This document shows positions 32,813 to 42,679 of a stretch of DNA of 64,000 nt, piece by piece. Each line of letters opens with the position of its first letter. Positions within the stretch are counted from its first letter, which is position 1. Origin of the DNA: Patescibacteria group bacterium (lineage in GTDB: Bacteria; Patescibacteriota; Minisyncoccia; Minisyncoccales; GWA2-38-27); NCBI GenBank assembly GCA_020148045.1, contig JAHCRG010000006.1:137909-201908 (forward strand), in the 5' to 3' direction. Below the pieces are notes generated by a model. That model did not search any database. It was not told the origin of the DNA and worked only from the letters and a program-made list of their open reading frames with translations. The translations under genes were made by a program, and so were the position numbers.

Positions 32813-34591
32813 TTAGGGAATATAATAGATAAATATTGAGTTGCCGACCCGGGTTATTGGCTGATAATCGTCAAGCCAGCGATAGTAGCCGGTTGGTTGA
32901 TCAAAACCATGGGTAGGACTTCCTTTGCCTCCCTGAAGAAGGGTTGCCGAGACCGCCAGATAACTTCCTTGGGGAAGTTCTTTTTTATTACGATCGCCCC
33001 ACCAGGAAGCATATTTTTCTTTTAGATAATATTCGGTATCGCCTCCGCCAAAATAATCAACATAAATTTTCTCAATCTTATTTTCATCCACCCATTTTTT
33101 TAGTCGTTTCAAATCCTGGCCCCAATCATAGTTTGAATCCACCACATATTTGTATCCATTTTGGGGCCCTCCGGCAATTTCATTAAAATAGGTTAAGTAG
33201 TGAGGCCAAACCAAGAGAGAAGAAATTATGTAAAAGCCCAAAAGCACCGAAACAAGAGAAGTTCCCATTTTTTTCCGGGATATGCCGGGTATTCTTTTTA
33301 TCCATTTTGCTATTCCCAGACTAACTAAAATATAGGTAAAAGGAAAAACAGGCAAAAGGTGCCTTACTCCAATATTAAGAGTTCCAGTTATAGAAGTGAG
33401 CCAATAAATTATTAAAAATACCATCATTGAAAATTCGGGAAAATGATTTTTTATCCAATCTTTTAACCGATGAAAAGTATTTTGCCAAAAAGGCTTTTTA
33501 ATTATAATTAACCAGGCTGCATACAAAAGAACAATTAAAGTTAAAATATGAAAAGCTAAGGGTATTTTTAAAAGATAAACAGTCGGGAAATAATACCACC
33601 AGCCCCCATTTGAAATTTCATTAAGAAAATACACAGTATTGCCGCCAGCTACCCTTTGAGTAACCATTAGAAGTCCTAAAAGATAATAGGCATAGGGTCG
33701 GAGCACTGGTTTGTCAGCCATCCAGAGACAAAGATTTTTTAGAGGATTTATGCCGCTTGAAGCTAAAATAAATTCAGAATCTTGTAATTGGCGTTCGGCT
33801 GGATAATTTAAAAGATGAAATTGATAAACCGGCCAGATAAGAATCATTCCAATTATTCCTACAATTAGAGCCAGCCCGATGTATTTCAGAATTCCTAAGA
33901 GGCATTTTTTAGAACCCTTTTCTTGAGACCAAGCATAAATTACGGTAATTACAGCAAAGAAGGGAACAAGCAGGGCTAAGGAAAATTTTAAGAGCATTGA
34001 TAGCCCGAATATCAGCCCGGCTAAAATTATATTCTTTTTTGTCGGGCTTTTTAGAAATTTTAACCAAAAATAAGTAGCCAAGACCACTCCCAAAGCAGCT
34101 GCAATATCAGTAGTTACCAATCTCCCATGAGCCAGAAAAGTAGGGGAGAAGGAAAATAGGGTTAAGACCAAAAGAGCAACTTTGTTTCCGGCTAATTCTC
34201 TTGCCCAGCGAAAGAGGAACCAACCTAAAAATATTAAAAGCAAAATCATTGGGATTCGGGCCCAAAATACAATCTGATCAGGATTGTTCCCCGAACGATA
34301 CAAAAACTGAGAACCAAACCACCACTGTTCATTAATTCCCTCAGTCCAGGAAGCATGGTTTTTTGGGAAATTCAGGTCCAAAGATAGAAGAGGGACAGCA
34401 GCTAGGTCTTTTATCAATGGCGGATGCTCCGGGTTAATTCGAAAATCTTTCTGGGTTAAATAAGAATAGCCGGCCGGGATATGAGACATTTCGTCCATGG
34501 TGGCTGAATCATCTTTCATACTGAAAAAGCAAACTAAGAATACCGTAAGAAGCAGAAGACCAGCGATTAAATTTGTGAGACGGTTAGACAT
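32813..34591 (-). CDS. GT-C fold glycosyltransferase (family 39/83-like, polyprenyl-phosphate-sugar dependent)
   Basis: 592 aa and polytopic. The first-loop acidic motif is DDSATMDEMSHIPAGYSY. The C-terminal soluble domain is typical of PMT/ArnT-like enzymes. Confidence 0.7.
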   Translation of the reverse strand: MSNRLTNLIAGLLLLTVFLVCFFSMKDDSATMDEMSHIPAGYSYLTQKDFRINPEHPPLIKDLAAVPLLSLDLNFPKNHASWTEGINEQWWFGSQFLYRSGNNPDQIVFWARIPMILLLIFLGWFLFRWARELAGNKVALLVLTLFSFSPTFLAHGRLVTTDIAAALGVVLATYFWLKFLKSPTKKNIILAGLIFGLSMLLKFSLALLVPFFAVITVIYAWSQEKGSKKCLLGILKYIGLALIVGIIGMILIWPVYQFHLLNYPAERQLQDSEFILASSGINPLKNLCLWMADKPVLRPYAYYLLGLLMVTQRVAGGNTVYFLNEISNGGWWYYFPTVYLLKIPLAFHILTLIVLLYAAWLIIIKKPFWQNTFHRLKDWIKNHFPEFSMMVFLIIYWLTSITGTLNIGVRHLLPVFPFTYILVSLGIAKWIKRIPGISRKKMGTSLVSVLLGFYIISSLLVWPHYLTYFNEIAGGPQNGYKYVVDSNYDWGQDLKRLKKWVDENKIEKIYVDYFGGGDTEYYLKEKYASWWGDRNKKELPQGSYLAVSATLLQGGKGSPTHGFDQPTGYYRWLDDYQPITRVGNSIFIYYIP

Positions 34592-34667
34592 GTTAGTATT
34601 TTAACATCCTCTATGTTAAAATACAATTGCAAGTCGAATAATTAACATTAGTAATTAAAATAAAATA

Positions 34668-35420
34668 ATGAATAACCAAAATCAAAAAATTCACCTTTCA
34701 GTGATTATTCCAGCCTATAATGAAGAGAAAAGAGTACCAAAGACCCTGCGGGAAATTAATGATTATTTGAAAAAACAGTCTTATTTGTCGGAAATTATCG
34801 TTGTTAATGACGGTTCAACCGATAGAACTTCAGAAGTAGTCAAAGAATTACAGAAAATAATTCCAAATTTAAAATTGATAAATATCGAAAACTCGGGTAA
34901 AGGCTACGCAGTCAAAAAAGGAATACTTGAGGCCAAAGGAGAATATCGAATTTTTACTGATGCCGATAATGCAACTTCAATTAATCAGGTTGAGAGAATG
35001 TGGCCAGAGTTTTCCAAGGGATACGATGTTGTCATCGGTTCGCGAGATGTTAAAGGGGCGGTCCTGGCTGTACCTCAACCCTGGTTAAGAAAGGTAATTT
35101 TGGGAGGAGGTTTTAAATTAGTTAGAAAAATAATTATTGGTCTTTGGAAGATTCAAGATACTCAGTGCGGTTTTAAGGGTTTTAAAGAAAAGGCAGGGCA
35201 AGATATTTTTTCCAGAGTCACAATTTACCGTTTTGGATTTGATCCCGAGGTCTTGGTTATAGCAAAAAGACTGGGCTATAAAATTAAAGAAATTCCCATA
35301 ACTTGGATAAATGATCCAGAAAGCAAGGTAAAATTTAAAAATATGGTTAAAATGTTTTTTGAGATATTAAAAATCAGATGGAATCTAATTTTGGGAAAGT
35401 ATAAGAATATAATAAAATAA
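34668..35420 (+). CDS. GT2 glycosyltransferase (polyprenyl/dolichyl-phosphate hexose synthase-like)
   Basis: LSVIIPAYNEE, VNDGSTDRT, TDADNAT (DxD), QCGFKGF. Confidence 0.82.
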   Translation: MNNQNQKIHLSVIIPAYNEEKRVPKTLREINDYLKKQSYLSEIIVVNDGSTDRTSEVVKELQKIIPNLKLINIENSGKGYAVKKGILEAKGEYRIFTDADNATSINQVERMWPEFSKGYDVVIGSRDVKGAVLAVPQPWLRKVILGGGFKLVRKIIIGLWKIQDTQCGFKGFKEKAGQDIFSRVTIYRFGFDPEVLVIAKRLGYKIKEIPITWINDPESKVKFKNMVKMFFEILKIRWNLILGKYKNIIK

Positions 35421-35424
35421 ATTA

Positions 35425-36429
35425 ATGCCAAAGATTGTTAAAAATGCTTTAGGGAATTTTTTGGTGATTTGCCTTATTTTTACTTTGGTGACGGTTTGGA
35501 TTTTTTCCGGCTGGCCCCAGATTTGGCAGAAACCGCCAGTGCCACCGGAAGTAAAGGAGGTTAAAGCTGCGCCGGAAACGCTTTCATTATATGTTAACAC
35601 AGAGGTTTCGGTTGGTGTTTGGACTACCGCGGGTACGGTTCCTTATCTTAACGCACAAGACCAACCAACCAACTATATTTATAGTATTGGCAGAAATTCT
35701 GATTCTGGTGTTTATGGCTTTGCAGACACTGCTCAAACAGGCACGATTAATAGCGTTTATCTTTATATTTATGCTTACGGAGTTGCTTCTACTAATTTTA
35801 CAACATACATAAATTCTACTGATACCGGTTTAGGACCACCTACAAGTTGGGGTTGGGTAAGCGTTAATGTGTCAACAATTCTTACTACTTGGGACGCTAT
35901 AAATGCTGCCACTTGTTATTTTGATAGACCAAATACTACCGATAATGCTGGGGTTGATGCCGCCTACTTTTATGTAGATTATACTCCTGCTCCTACGTTG
36001 GATATCACTGCTCCTGAGAATGTTCAGATGCCTGATTATACTTTAGGAGGAGTGGGATATAGCGAGAGAAATTTTAATGCTGACCCTCCGGCTTTAGTTC
36101 AGGTGACTGCTGAAGCTGGTTTTACTGTTACTGTTTCTTCCACTAATCTTACTGGTGGGGGTAACACCATTCTTGCCTCTGATGTTAAATTAAAAACTGA
36201 CGATAATCCCGAAACCAATCCCACCCAAATTCCAGCGGCAAATTGCAGTGGTTTTAGCGAGATAGACGAGCCGATTAGCGATGAATATAGTTTAGATTCT
36301 ACCAGAACCATTGTAACCACTTCATCTGGCAGCGGCACCTGCGATATTTATCCGACTATTAAAGTTTACATTTCTAATAATCTTTTGGCTGCGGAGGTTA
36401 CTGGTACATTAACTTTTACTGTTCAGTAA
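35425..36429 (+). CDS. Surface protein with an N-terminal TM anchor and a WxL-like C-terminal domain
   Basis: TM segment LVICLIFTLVTVWIF. The C-terminal GFTVTVSSTNLTG...LASDVKLK...VTGTLTFTVQ resembles the two conserved WxL-domain segments (F in place of W). Confidence 0.5.
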   Translation: MPKIVKNALGNFLVICLIFTLVTVWIFSGWPQIWQKPPVPPEVKEVKAAPETLSLYVNTEVSVGVWTTAGTVPYLNAQDQPTNYIYSIGRNSDSGVYGFADTAQTGTINSVYLYIYAYGVASTNFTTYINSTDTGLGPPTSWGWVSVNVSTILTTWDAINAATCYFDRPNTTDNAGVDAAYFYVDYTPAPTLDITAPENVQMPDYTLGGVGYSERNFNADPPALVQVTAEAGFTVTVSSTNLTGGGNTILASDVKLKTDDNPETNPTQIPAANCSGFSEIDEPISDEYSLDSTRTIVTTSSGSGTCDIYPTIKVYISNNLLAAEVTGTLTFTVQ

Positions 36430-36441
36430 TAAATAGAAAAC

Positions 36442-36475
36442 AAAAATCCACCGAGTTTTATTTGGTGGATTTTTA
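36442..36475. terminator. Bidirectional intrinsic terminator
   Basis: aaaaatccacc-N11-ggtggattttt. Confidence 0.75.
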
Positions 36476-36490
36476 ATTGAGGGACATCAG

Positions 36491-37645
36491 TTATTTCTTT
36501 TTTGGAATAAATAGAGTGTCTCCTTTTTTTAATATATAGGGCGGTTTGAGACGATTAATTCGGGCCAGTTTTTTCCAGGAAACACTATATTTTTTAGCAA
36601 TATCCATAATAGTCTGCTTTTTTTCTACAGTATGACTTTCCATAGTAAGCTTGACTTTAGCTAACCAGAGATGCCAGAGCAACCGGCCAAGGAAGAAAAG
36701 AATAATTAAGACAACTAAGAAAAATATTAATGGCCAGGGAATAATAAAGAAAGAAATATTTTTTTCAATGGTTTGATTATCACCATAATTGATAAGGAGG
36801 CTGGCTCGGACAAAATTAAAAGCCGGAGGATTTTCCCAGCGTCGAGGAAGGAGAGTGGATTTTACAGGAAAGGTAGTACCCAGGGCAATGTTTTCCAGGG
36901 TAGCTATATGACCGCCAAAAATATCACGTATCTCAATGGTAGCCAAAGGATTAAGGTGGACATTACCGGTGTTTTTTAAAGCAATGTTAAGCTGTCCATA
37001 TTTATGAAGTCCTAAAACATGTTTAATCTTTTCCCAGGTAGTATTTTTATCGGTAAGACGTTTATTATGAATAGTAAAATCAAAACCAGTTAGCTCAATT
37101 TTTTTAACAATTTCACCTGGTACCGTTTCATAGACTCGCACCCCTACCCGGGTGATAATGGTTAAAGCCCCTTCTCTGCCGCCTTTCTGCCTTTCTAAAT
37201 TCTCCACTATAATTCCACCCATATGATCACCCACCTCAGCGTCTTGAGGAATAGAGATAGTGAAATAGATAAGCTGCTCAGTATCATTTGGAATAACTAA
37301 TTTATAACTCTCCATTTCAATCCACCCGCCAATACCCAGACGTTCATCGCCTTCATTATTCAGGGCAAAAGCACCGTCTGGAGTGAGGCCAGCATCTACT
37401 GGATAAATTTTTATTTCTACATCTTCACCGGTACGATTTTTAATTCTTACTGCGTCCCGCTTACTTTCTTCTTTGTCAAGATTGTAAATAAACCAGATAT
37501 CAGAATATTTGACATCAAGGTCAGGAAAAGCTGGTAAAATACTTAAGCCTCCTATCCCGGCTGCCTTAACCTCCATGACCCCGCCTATTATGCCTATTAT
37601 GATTATTCCTATAATTATTAACTTTATTAAATTATTTTTTTTCAT
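36491..37645 (-). CDS. DUF916/DUF3324-like cell-surface protein with a TM and a C-terminal LysM domain
   Basis: Start at MKKNNLIKL (37645), avoiding overlap with the upstream gene. Ig-like body similar to the WxL-cluster CscA class. TM segment FFIIPWPLIFFLVVLIILFFL. LysM segment HTVEKKQTIMDIAKKYSVSWKKLARINRLKPPYILKKGDTLFIP. Confidence 0.6.
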   Translation of the reverse strand: MKKNNLIKLIIIGIIIIGIIGGVMEVKAAGIGGLSILPAFPDLDVKYSDIWFIYNLDKEESKRDAVRIKNRTGEDVEIKIYPVDAGLTPDGAFALNNEGDERLGIGGWIEMESYKLVIPNDTEQLIYFTISIPQDAEVGDHMGGIIVENLERQKGGREGALTIITRVGVRVYETVPGEIVKKIELTGFDFTIHNKRLTDKNTTWEKIKHVLGLHKYGQLNIALKNTGNVHLNPLATIEIRDIFGGHIATLENIALGTTFPVKSTLLPRRWENPPAFNFVRASLLINYGDNQTIEKNISFFIIPWPLIFFLVVLIILFFLGRLLWHLWLAKVKLTMESHTVEKKQTIMDIAKKYSVSWKKLARINRLKPPYILKKGDTLFIPKKK

Positions 37646-37649
37646 AATT

Positions 37650-38387
37650 TTAATTCTTTTGGGCGAGACAGACAACTGAAGTGCCAAAGGGAAGATTGAT
37701 ATATTTAAGTAATTGAGCTTCTATTTTTAATGTAAAAATTAAAAGATTATTAAGAAATTTTGGTAAAATAACGTAAGAAGTTTGAGGAGTTAAATTACCT
37801 TTGGATAATATACCCTTTAATAAACGATAACCTAGAATTAAAGGAAAGGTAAAAGTAATAACATAACTTCGTTTCACTACCCGAAAACCGGCTTGATTGA
37901 GTTTTTGGTGGAGCTGAGAAGCAGTATAGCGGCGGAAATGATGAAGGGCTTCGTCATGCTCTGACCAAATAAACTGGTAGGCAGGAGCAGTAATTAAAAG
38001 TAGACCTTGGCTTTTCAATACTCGATGAAATTCCTTGAGAGTCTTTAAATCATCAGCAATATGTTCAATTACATCGAGGGCGGTAACTAAATCAAAAGAT
38101 TTATCACCAAAAGGAAGTTTTTCTGCTTTGGCTTGCCGGAGATTTTTAAAACCCCGTTTGCGAGTAAATTGTAGAGCTTTTTTTGAAGAATCAACTCCGA
38201 TAACCTTTCCAAATTTTCCCAAGGTGGCCAAATTGATACCGGTCCCACAGCCTACATCTATTATAACAAAAGGTTCTTCATTGGGCAAATAGTTTTTTAG
38301 CAGCCTATAAATAATTTTACCTCTACCTACATGCCACCAGTAGTAATTTTCGAATTGATATAATTTTTCGTATTCGTTTTTCTCCAT
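37650..38387 (-). CDS. Class I SAM-dependent methyltransferase
   Basis: Motif I VIDVGCGTGINL. Post-I and motif II pattern (DLVTALDVIEH). Confidence 0.85.
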   Translation of the reverse strand: MEKNEYEKLYQFENYYWWHVGRGKIIYRLLKNYLPNEEPFVIIDVGCGTGINLATLGKFGKVIGVDSSKKALQFTRKRGFKNLRQAKAEKLPFGDKSFDLVTALDVIEHIADDLKTLKEFHRVLKSQGLLLITAPAYQFIWSEHDEALHHFRRYTASQLHQKLNQAGFRVVKRSYVITFTFPLILGYRLLKGILSKGNLTPQTSYVILPKFLNNLLIFTLKIEAQLLKYINLPFGTSVVCLAQKN

Positions 38388-38389
38388 AA

Positions 38390-40003
38390 CTAAGGTTTTT
38401 TAATAATAATACTAATTTCATCTTGATAAACTATTTGCCAATCGGCATTTACTAAAATATACGAAACAACCCGTTGAGGATATGCTAATACCCAATCAAT
38501 GTCATATTTATCAATAAATTGAGCATAATTCATTTTACCACTTAAAAAATTATCATGATCTTCAAAGGGATTTCTGCCCGGTAATTGCCAGATTGCCATC
38601 CGACCATCAATAAACACCTTTTTCTCGGGCAATTGCCAGGTTAAATAGCCTCCCCAATTATATTCATTAAACATCTGACCGGGAAGTTCATCAAGATGCT
38701 GTTTGATATATTGAACCGCCCCGTAAGGGTAGTTTCCGGCTTGGGCAGCTTTCTCGGGAGAATTAATTAAAGGAAAAGTTTGGGTTACTCTCTGCCAACC
38801 AATCAATACAGTTACTAAAAGTAAAAGCGAAATTACTAATTTTGAACGTGACATTGAAGAAAGAGTTTCACCTACCAGATTTTTCATTGATGAAACCCAT
38901 AAAGGAAGGGTAATGACAATATAGACTGGCATATGGCGCCAAGAAGAAAAACCAAAATAAAGAGAGATTAAGGCAAAAGCTATTAAAGTAAAGCCCAGTT
39001 TTTTTATATTCAGCAGCACTAAAAATCCTAAAAAAATCACATAGATAATAAAGAAATAGCTCATGGCATTAGCTGAAGTAACATTCTGCCATTCACCAAT
39101 ATGTTCTTTTACATAAGCTCCGGATTGAGTTTGAGCAAAAGTATTATAAATCTCTTTATAAATTCCCACTCCATAAGGATTAACCAAGGTTGCCAGTATA
39201 CTTATTAAAAATATTAATGCCAGCTTTCCTAAAAGTTGTTTGCTTAATACTTCATTTTGGAACCACCTGATATTAAATAAGCGTTTTTTTAATTTTACCA
39301 ACCAAATTTTGATTAGGGTTTGGGAATAAGAAACAGAAGAAGATTGCCAAAAAGAAATCTTTTGGTAGAAAAACTTTGTTGTTTCTAAAAGAAGAAATAA
39401 AAATAATACCACCAGACCAATAGAAAAACCGCCATGTAAATTTACCCAGAAAAGAAAAATTAAAGGTAGCCAAAAGATTAATTTATTGGAGGGAGAACGA
39501 CGCCAGCGGAATAATAAAAAAATAATTAAAGCTAAACTAAAAAGAGTAATGACCTGAGGTCGAATTCCAATAATGGGAACACTGGCCAGGGAGCCAATTA
39601 GGGCAGCAGTGATCCGGTATTCCCAGCTGGTAAAAATAGCTGAGGCAGCTAATAAGAAAGCGGCGCTGGCTATGAGAGAAAAAATAATTACTAAGGGCCA
39701 AAAACCAAAATTATTATAAATCCAGAAAAAAATAATATCAGTAAACCACTCGTGGGCAATCCAGGGGTAGTCAGCCATACTATGGGAGAGCATATCTAAA
39801 CGGGGAATAGTACGATGTTCTAAAAAATATCTACCATTAGCTAAATGCCAGCCCAAATCAGGATCTAAAGGAGCTTTTAAATTAATAAAGAACATTGCAA
39901 TTAAAGCAAGAAATATAAAAATGAGCAATCTCTTTTGCGGATAAAATTTAAAATCCCTAATTCTTTTGATTAGGGATTTACTAAATTTACCAGATTGATT
40001 CAT
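38390..40003 (-). CDS. Large polytopic membrane protein, putative GT-C-type glycosyltransferase
   Basis: 537 aa with at least 11 TM segments. The first-loop acidic motif is PLDPDLGWHL. The C-terminal soluble domain and genomic context support the call, but the function is inferred. Confidence 0.5.
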   Translation of the reverse strand: MNQSGKFSKSLIKRIRDFKFYPQKRLLIFIFLALIAMFFINLKAPLDPDLGWHLANGRYFLEHRTIPRLDMLSHSMADYPWIAHEWFTDIIFFWIYNNFGFWPLVIIFSLIASAAFLLAASAIFTSWEYRITAALIGSLASVPIIGIRPQVITLFSLALIIFLLFRWRRSPSNKLIFWLPLIFLFWVNLHGGFSIGLVVLFLFLLLETTKFFYQKISFWQSSSVSYSQTLIKIWLVKLKKRLFNIRWFQNEVLSKQLLGKLALIFLISILATLVNPYGVGIYKEIYNTFAQTQSGAYVKEHIGEWQNVTSANAMSYFFIIYVIFLGFLVLLNIKKLGFTLIAFALISLYFGFSSWRHMPVYIVITLPLWVSSMKNLVGETLSSMSRSKLVISLLLLVTVLIGWQRVTQTFPLINSPEKAAQAGNYPYGAVQYIKQHLDELPGQMFNEYNWGGYLTWQLPEKKVFIDGRMAIWQLPGRNPFEDHDNFLSGKMNYAQFIDKYDIDWVLAYPQRVVSYILVNADWQIVYQDEISIIIKKP

Positions 40004-40035
40004 ACAGCTCTTTTGATAATTCTTGTCCCTCTAAA

Positions 40036-40647
40036 TTACGAAACCGTTAAAGTTAGTACCGCAGTATAATCTCCAGCAGCATCCCCGGCTTCAATACTAA
40101 GATTCATCACGGTGTTATCTAATTGGAAAGCACCAGCCCCATTGCCAGCACTCGCTGTCATCATATTAACAGCATTAGTGGCATTAGACCCCAAAGCCTG
40201 GTTATCTGAACCAGCAGTAACCCCGGTGTTATCAGATGAATTTAAGTTAGTAACATCACCAGGACTCGTTTTTGCTCGAGCATAGGTATTTAAGATATTA
40301 GTACCTGCTTCCAGATTATTAGCAGTAGCAGTTAAGGACCAACCGCCAGAATTGCCCCGATAGTCAGTGACCTGGATATTGTTCATATTCTCCTGTTGGT
40401 TTGAAGCTTGACCAGCAGTAGCATCGGGCCAGTCGAAATCTGTATTTTCTGCAGCCGTATCTAAGGAGCCAGTGGTAATATTAACAGCCAAATTGGTAGT
40501 ATCTTGATTACTAGCAGTAGCAACATTGAGAGAAGTAAAGAGCATCCCAAAAAGTATGCTCAAAATTAAAAGAGAATAAATTCGTTCTTTAATAGTTTTT
40601 ATTTCGTTTTTTACCTGGGACATATTTGTATTTCTTAATTGTAGCAT
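40036..40647 (-). CDS. WxL-domain-like secreted surface protein
   Basis: Signal/TM segment, then VTDYRGNSGGWSLTATANNL (WxL motif 1) and the C-terminal GDYTAVLTLTVS (motif 2). An alternative start is at 40623. Confidence 0.6.
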   Translation of the reverse strand: MLQLRNTNMSQVKNEIKTIKERIYSLLILSILFGMLFTSLNVATASNQDTTNLAVNITTGSLDTAAENTDFDWPDATAGQASNQQENMNNIQVTDYRGNSGGWSLTATANNLEAGTNILNTYARAKTSPGDVTNLNSSDNTGVTAGSDNQALGSNATNAVNMMTASAGNGAGAFQLDNTVMNLSIEAGDAAGDYTAVLTLTVS

Positions 40648-40724
40648 GATTGTAGATTATCCTGTCAAGAGAGGTTATCCACAAGCGATATTTTATTATA
40701 TTTTCTTTTCTTTTAATATTTCGT

Positions 40725-40730
40725 TATAAT
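40725..40730 (+). promoter_or_regulatory. TATAAT -10 box 6 nt upstream of the ATG, with leaderless geometry
   Basis: Direct reading: gttataataataaaATG. Confidence 0.45.
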
Positions 40731-40736
40731 AATAAA

Positions 40737-41765
40737 ATGCTTAGTAATAGTCTTTTAAAAAAGACCTCCCTGCTGATTTTATTTATTATTTTTAGTTTAT
40801 TAATTAGTGAATATTACACTTTCGCCGCTGATACTCAACTTCATATTGAGATTACCGCAGTTTGCGGCGACGGCGAGAGGGAAGGAAACGAGGAATGTGA
40901 TGGAGATGATTTAGGAGGCCAAACCTGTCAGGGGCTTGGTTATGAAAGCGGGAATCTAAGCTGCTATCCAGCCGGCGGACCCGACGAATGCACCTTTAAT
41001 ACTTCTAATTGCACAACTACAGCGCCGCCTTCGGGCGGCGGAGGCGGTGTTGCGCGAGTTGCAACTAAAGTTATCTTCAAAGGAAAAGCTTATCCAAATT
41101 CCTCAATCACAATCTTAAAAGATGGCAAAATAACAACTACTGTTAAGGCAGATTCCAAAGCAGATTTTAGAGCAGAAATTACTAATATCACTGCTGGAAT
41201 TTATACTTTCGGTCTCTGGGCTAAGGATAAAGATGGTATAAAATCTATTACTTATACCTTAACTTTTCGTGTTTTCTCAAATACCACAACTACGGTTAGC
41301 GGAATTTATTTACCCCCGACTATTGATTTAGATAAAACTGCTCTTCAAAAAGGAGAAACTTTAAATATTTTTGGCCAGGCTGTGCCAGAAGTAGAAGTTG
41401 ATGTTCATATTCATTCATCAGAGATTATTGAACAAGTTCAAACTGATGAAATTGGCGCATGGCTTTTGGCATTTGATACTCAACCTTTGGAAGAAGGTTC
41501 TCATATTACAAAAGCTCGTTTTAACTTAAACGAGGAAGAAAGAAGCGGATTTAGCGGGCTTTTGACCTTTTATATAGGAGAAGAAGGTCTGCCTGAAGAA
41601 TTTTGTCCTCGTGCTGATTTAAACAAAGATGGAAGAACAAATTTAGTTGATTTTTCTATTTTACTTTATTGGTGGGGCAGGGCTAATGCTTGTGTTGACC
41701 AGAACAGGAACGGGATAGTGGACTTGCCAGATTTTTCAATTATGATGTATTACTGGAGCGGCTAA
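40737..41765 (+). CDS. Secreted protein with a Cys-rich CGDG repeat, Ig-like domains and a C-terminal dockerin
   Basis: Signal peptide. CGDGEREGNEECDGDDLGGQTC (Myxococcus-type Cys-rich repeat). Duplicated EF-hand-like dockerin segments DLNKDGRTNLVDFSILLYWW and DQNRNGIVDLPDFSIMMYYW. Confidence 0.7.
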   Translation: MLSNSLLKKTSLLILFIIFSLLISEYYTFAADTQLHIEITAVCGDGEREGNEECDGDDLGGQTCQGLGYESGNLSCYPAGGPDECTFNTSNCTTTAPPSGGGGGVARVATKVIFKGKAYPNSSITILKDGKITTTVKADSKADFRAEITNITAGIYTFGLWAKDKDGIKSITYTLTFRVFSNTTTTVSGIYLPPTIDLDKTALQKGETLNIFGQAVPEVEVDVHIHSSEIIEQVQTDEIGAWLLAFDTQPLEEGSHITKARFNLNEEERSGFSGLLTFYIGEEGLPEEFCPRADLNKDGRTNLVDFSILLYWWGRANACVDQNRNGIVDLPDFSIMMYYWSG

Positions 41766-41770
41766 ACTAT

Positions 41771-42679
41771 ATGACAAATCAAAAATCAAAAATTATTATT
41801 TTAATTATTGGTCTTCTTTTATTTCCTGTTATTGCTTTTGCAGCAACCTTGTATTTAGAACCATCCCAAGGAGAATATCAGCCAGAAGATACTTTTATAG
41901 TGAAGATAAAAATTGATATTGAAGAAGAATGTATTAATACTGTAAAGGTTGATTTAAAGTTTTCTCAGGAGATATTAGAAGCAGTTGATTTCAGTCAAGG
42001 TGATTCTATTTTAACTCTTTGGTTGGAAACTCCTCAGATTAATCAATCCGAGGGTTTAATTTCTTTTGTTGGCGGAGTACCGGCAGGTTATTGCGGGGAA
42101 ATACCTGGCGGCGTAGGAGAGAGTAATTTATTAGGAAGAATTATATTTAAAGTACAGGAAAGCGGGATAAAGCAAGCAGAAGTAAAGTTTTTACATACTT
42201 CACAAGTATTATTAAATGATGGGCTGGGGACTTTGGCTGAATTAAGTACCAAAGGAGTAGCATATACAATTTCGCAGGAGAGATTAGGACCTGCAAAAGA
42301 TGAATGGCAGCAAGAACTTGAAGAAGACAAAATTCCCCCAGAACCATTTGAAATAGAAATTCATCAGGATTCGGCCATTTTTGAGGGTAAATATTTTATT
42401 ATCTTTTCTACCACTGATAAACAAACTGGTCTTAGTCATTTTGAGTTTAAGGAGGGGGAAAGAGATTGGGAAAAAGCGGAAAGCCCTTATCTATTGGAAG
42501 ACCAAAGCTTAAAGAGTATAATAAAAGTGAAAGCAGTTGATAAAGCAGGAAATGAAAGGATTGCTGAATATATTCCAGAAATTCCAAAGAAACCATTTCC
42601 TTGGTGGATAATCCCCGTAGTTTTATTCGGTGTCTTGGTAGTAATTTGGATATGGAAAAAATACATAAAAAAACACTAA
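41771..42679 (+). CDS. Cohesin-domain protein with a C-terminal TM anchor
   Basis: Signal peptide, then ATLYLEPSQGEYQPEDTFIVKIKID...VKVDLKFSQEILEAVDF (cohesin-like). C-terminal TM segment WWIIPVVLFGVLVVIWIW followed by KKYIKKH. Confidence 0.6.
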   Translation: MTNQKSKIIILIIGLLLFPVIAFAATLYLEPSQGEYQPEDTFIVKIKIDIEEECINTVKVDLKFSQEILEAVDFSQGDSILTLWLETPQINQSEGLISFVGGVPAGYCGEIPGGVGESNLLGRIIFKVQESGIKQAEVKFLHTSQVLLNDGLGTLAELSTKGVAYTISQERLGPAKDEWQQELEEDKIPPEPFEIEIHQDSAIFEGKYFIIFSTTDKQTGLSHFEFKEGERDWEKAESPYLLEDQSLKSIIKVKAVDKAGNERIAEYIPEIPKKPFPWWIIPVVLFGVLVVIWIWKKYIKKH

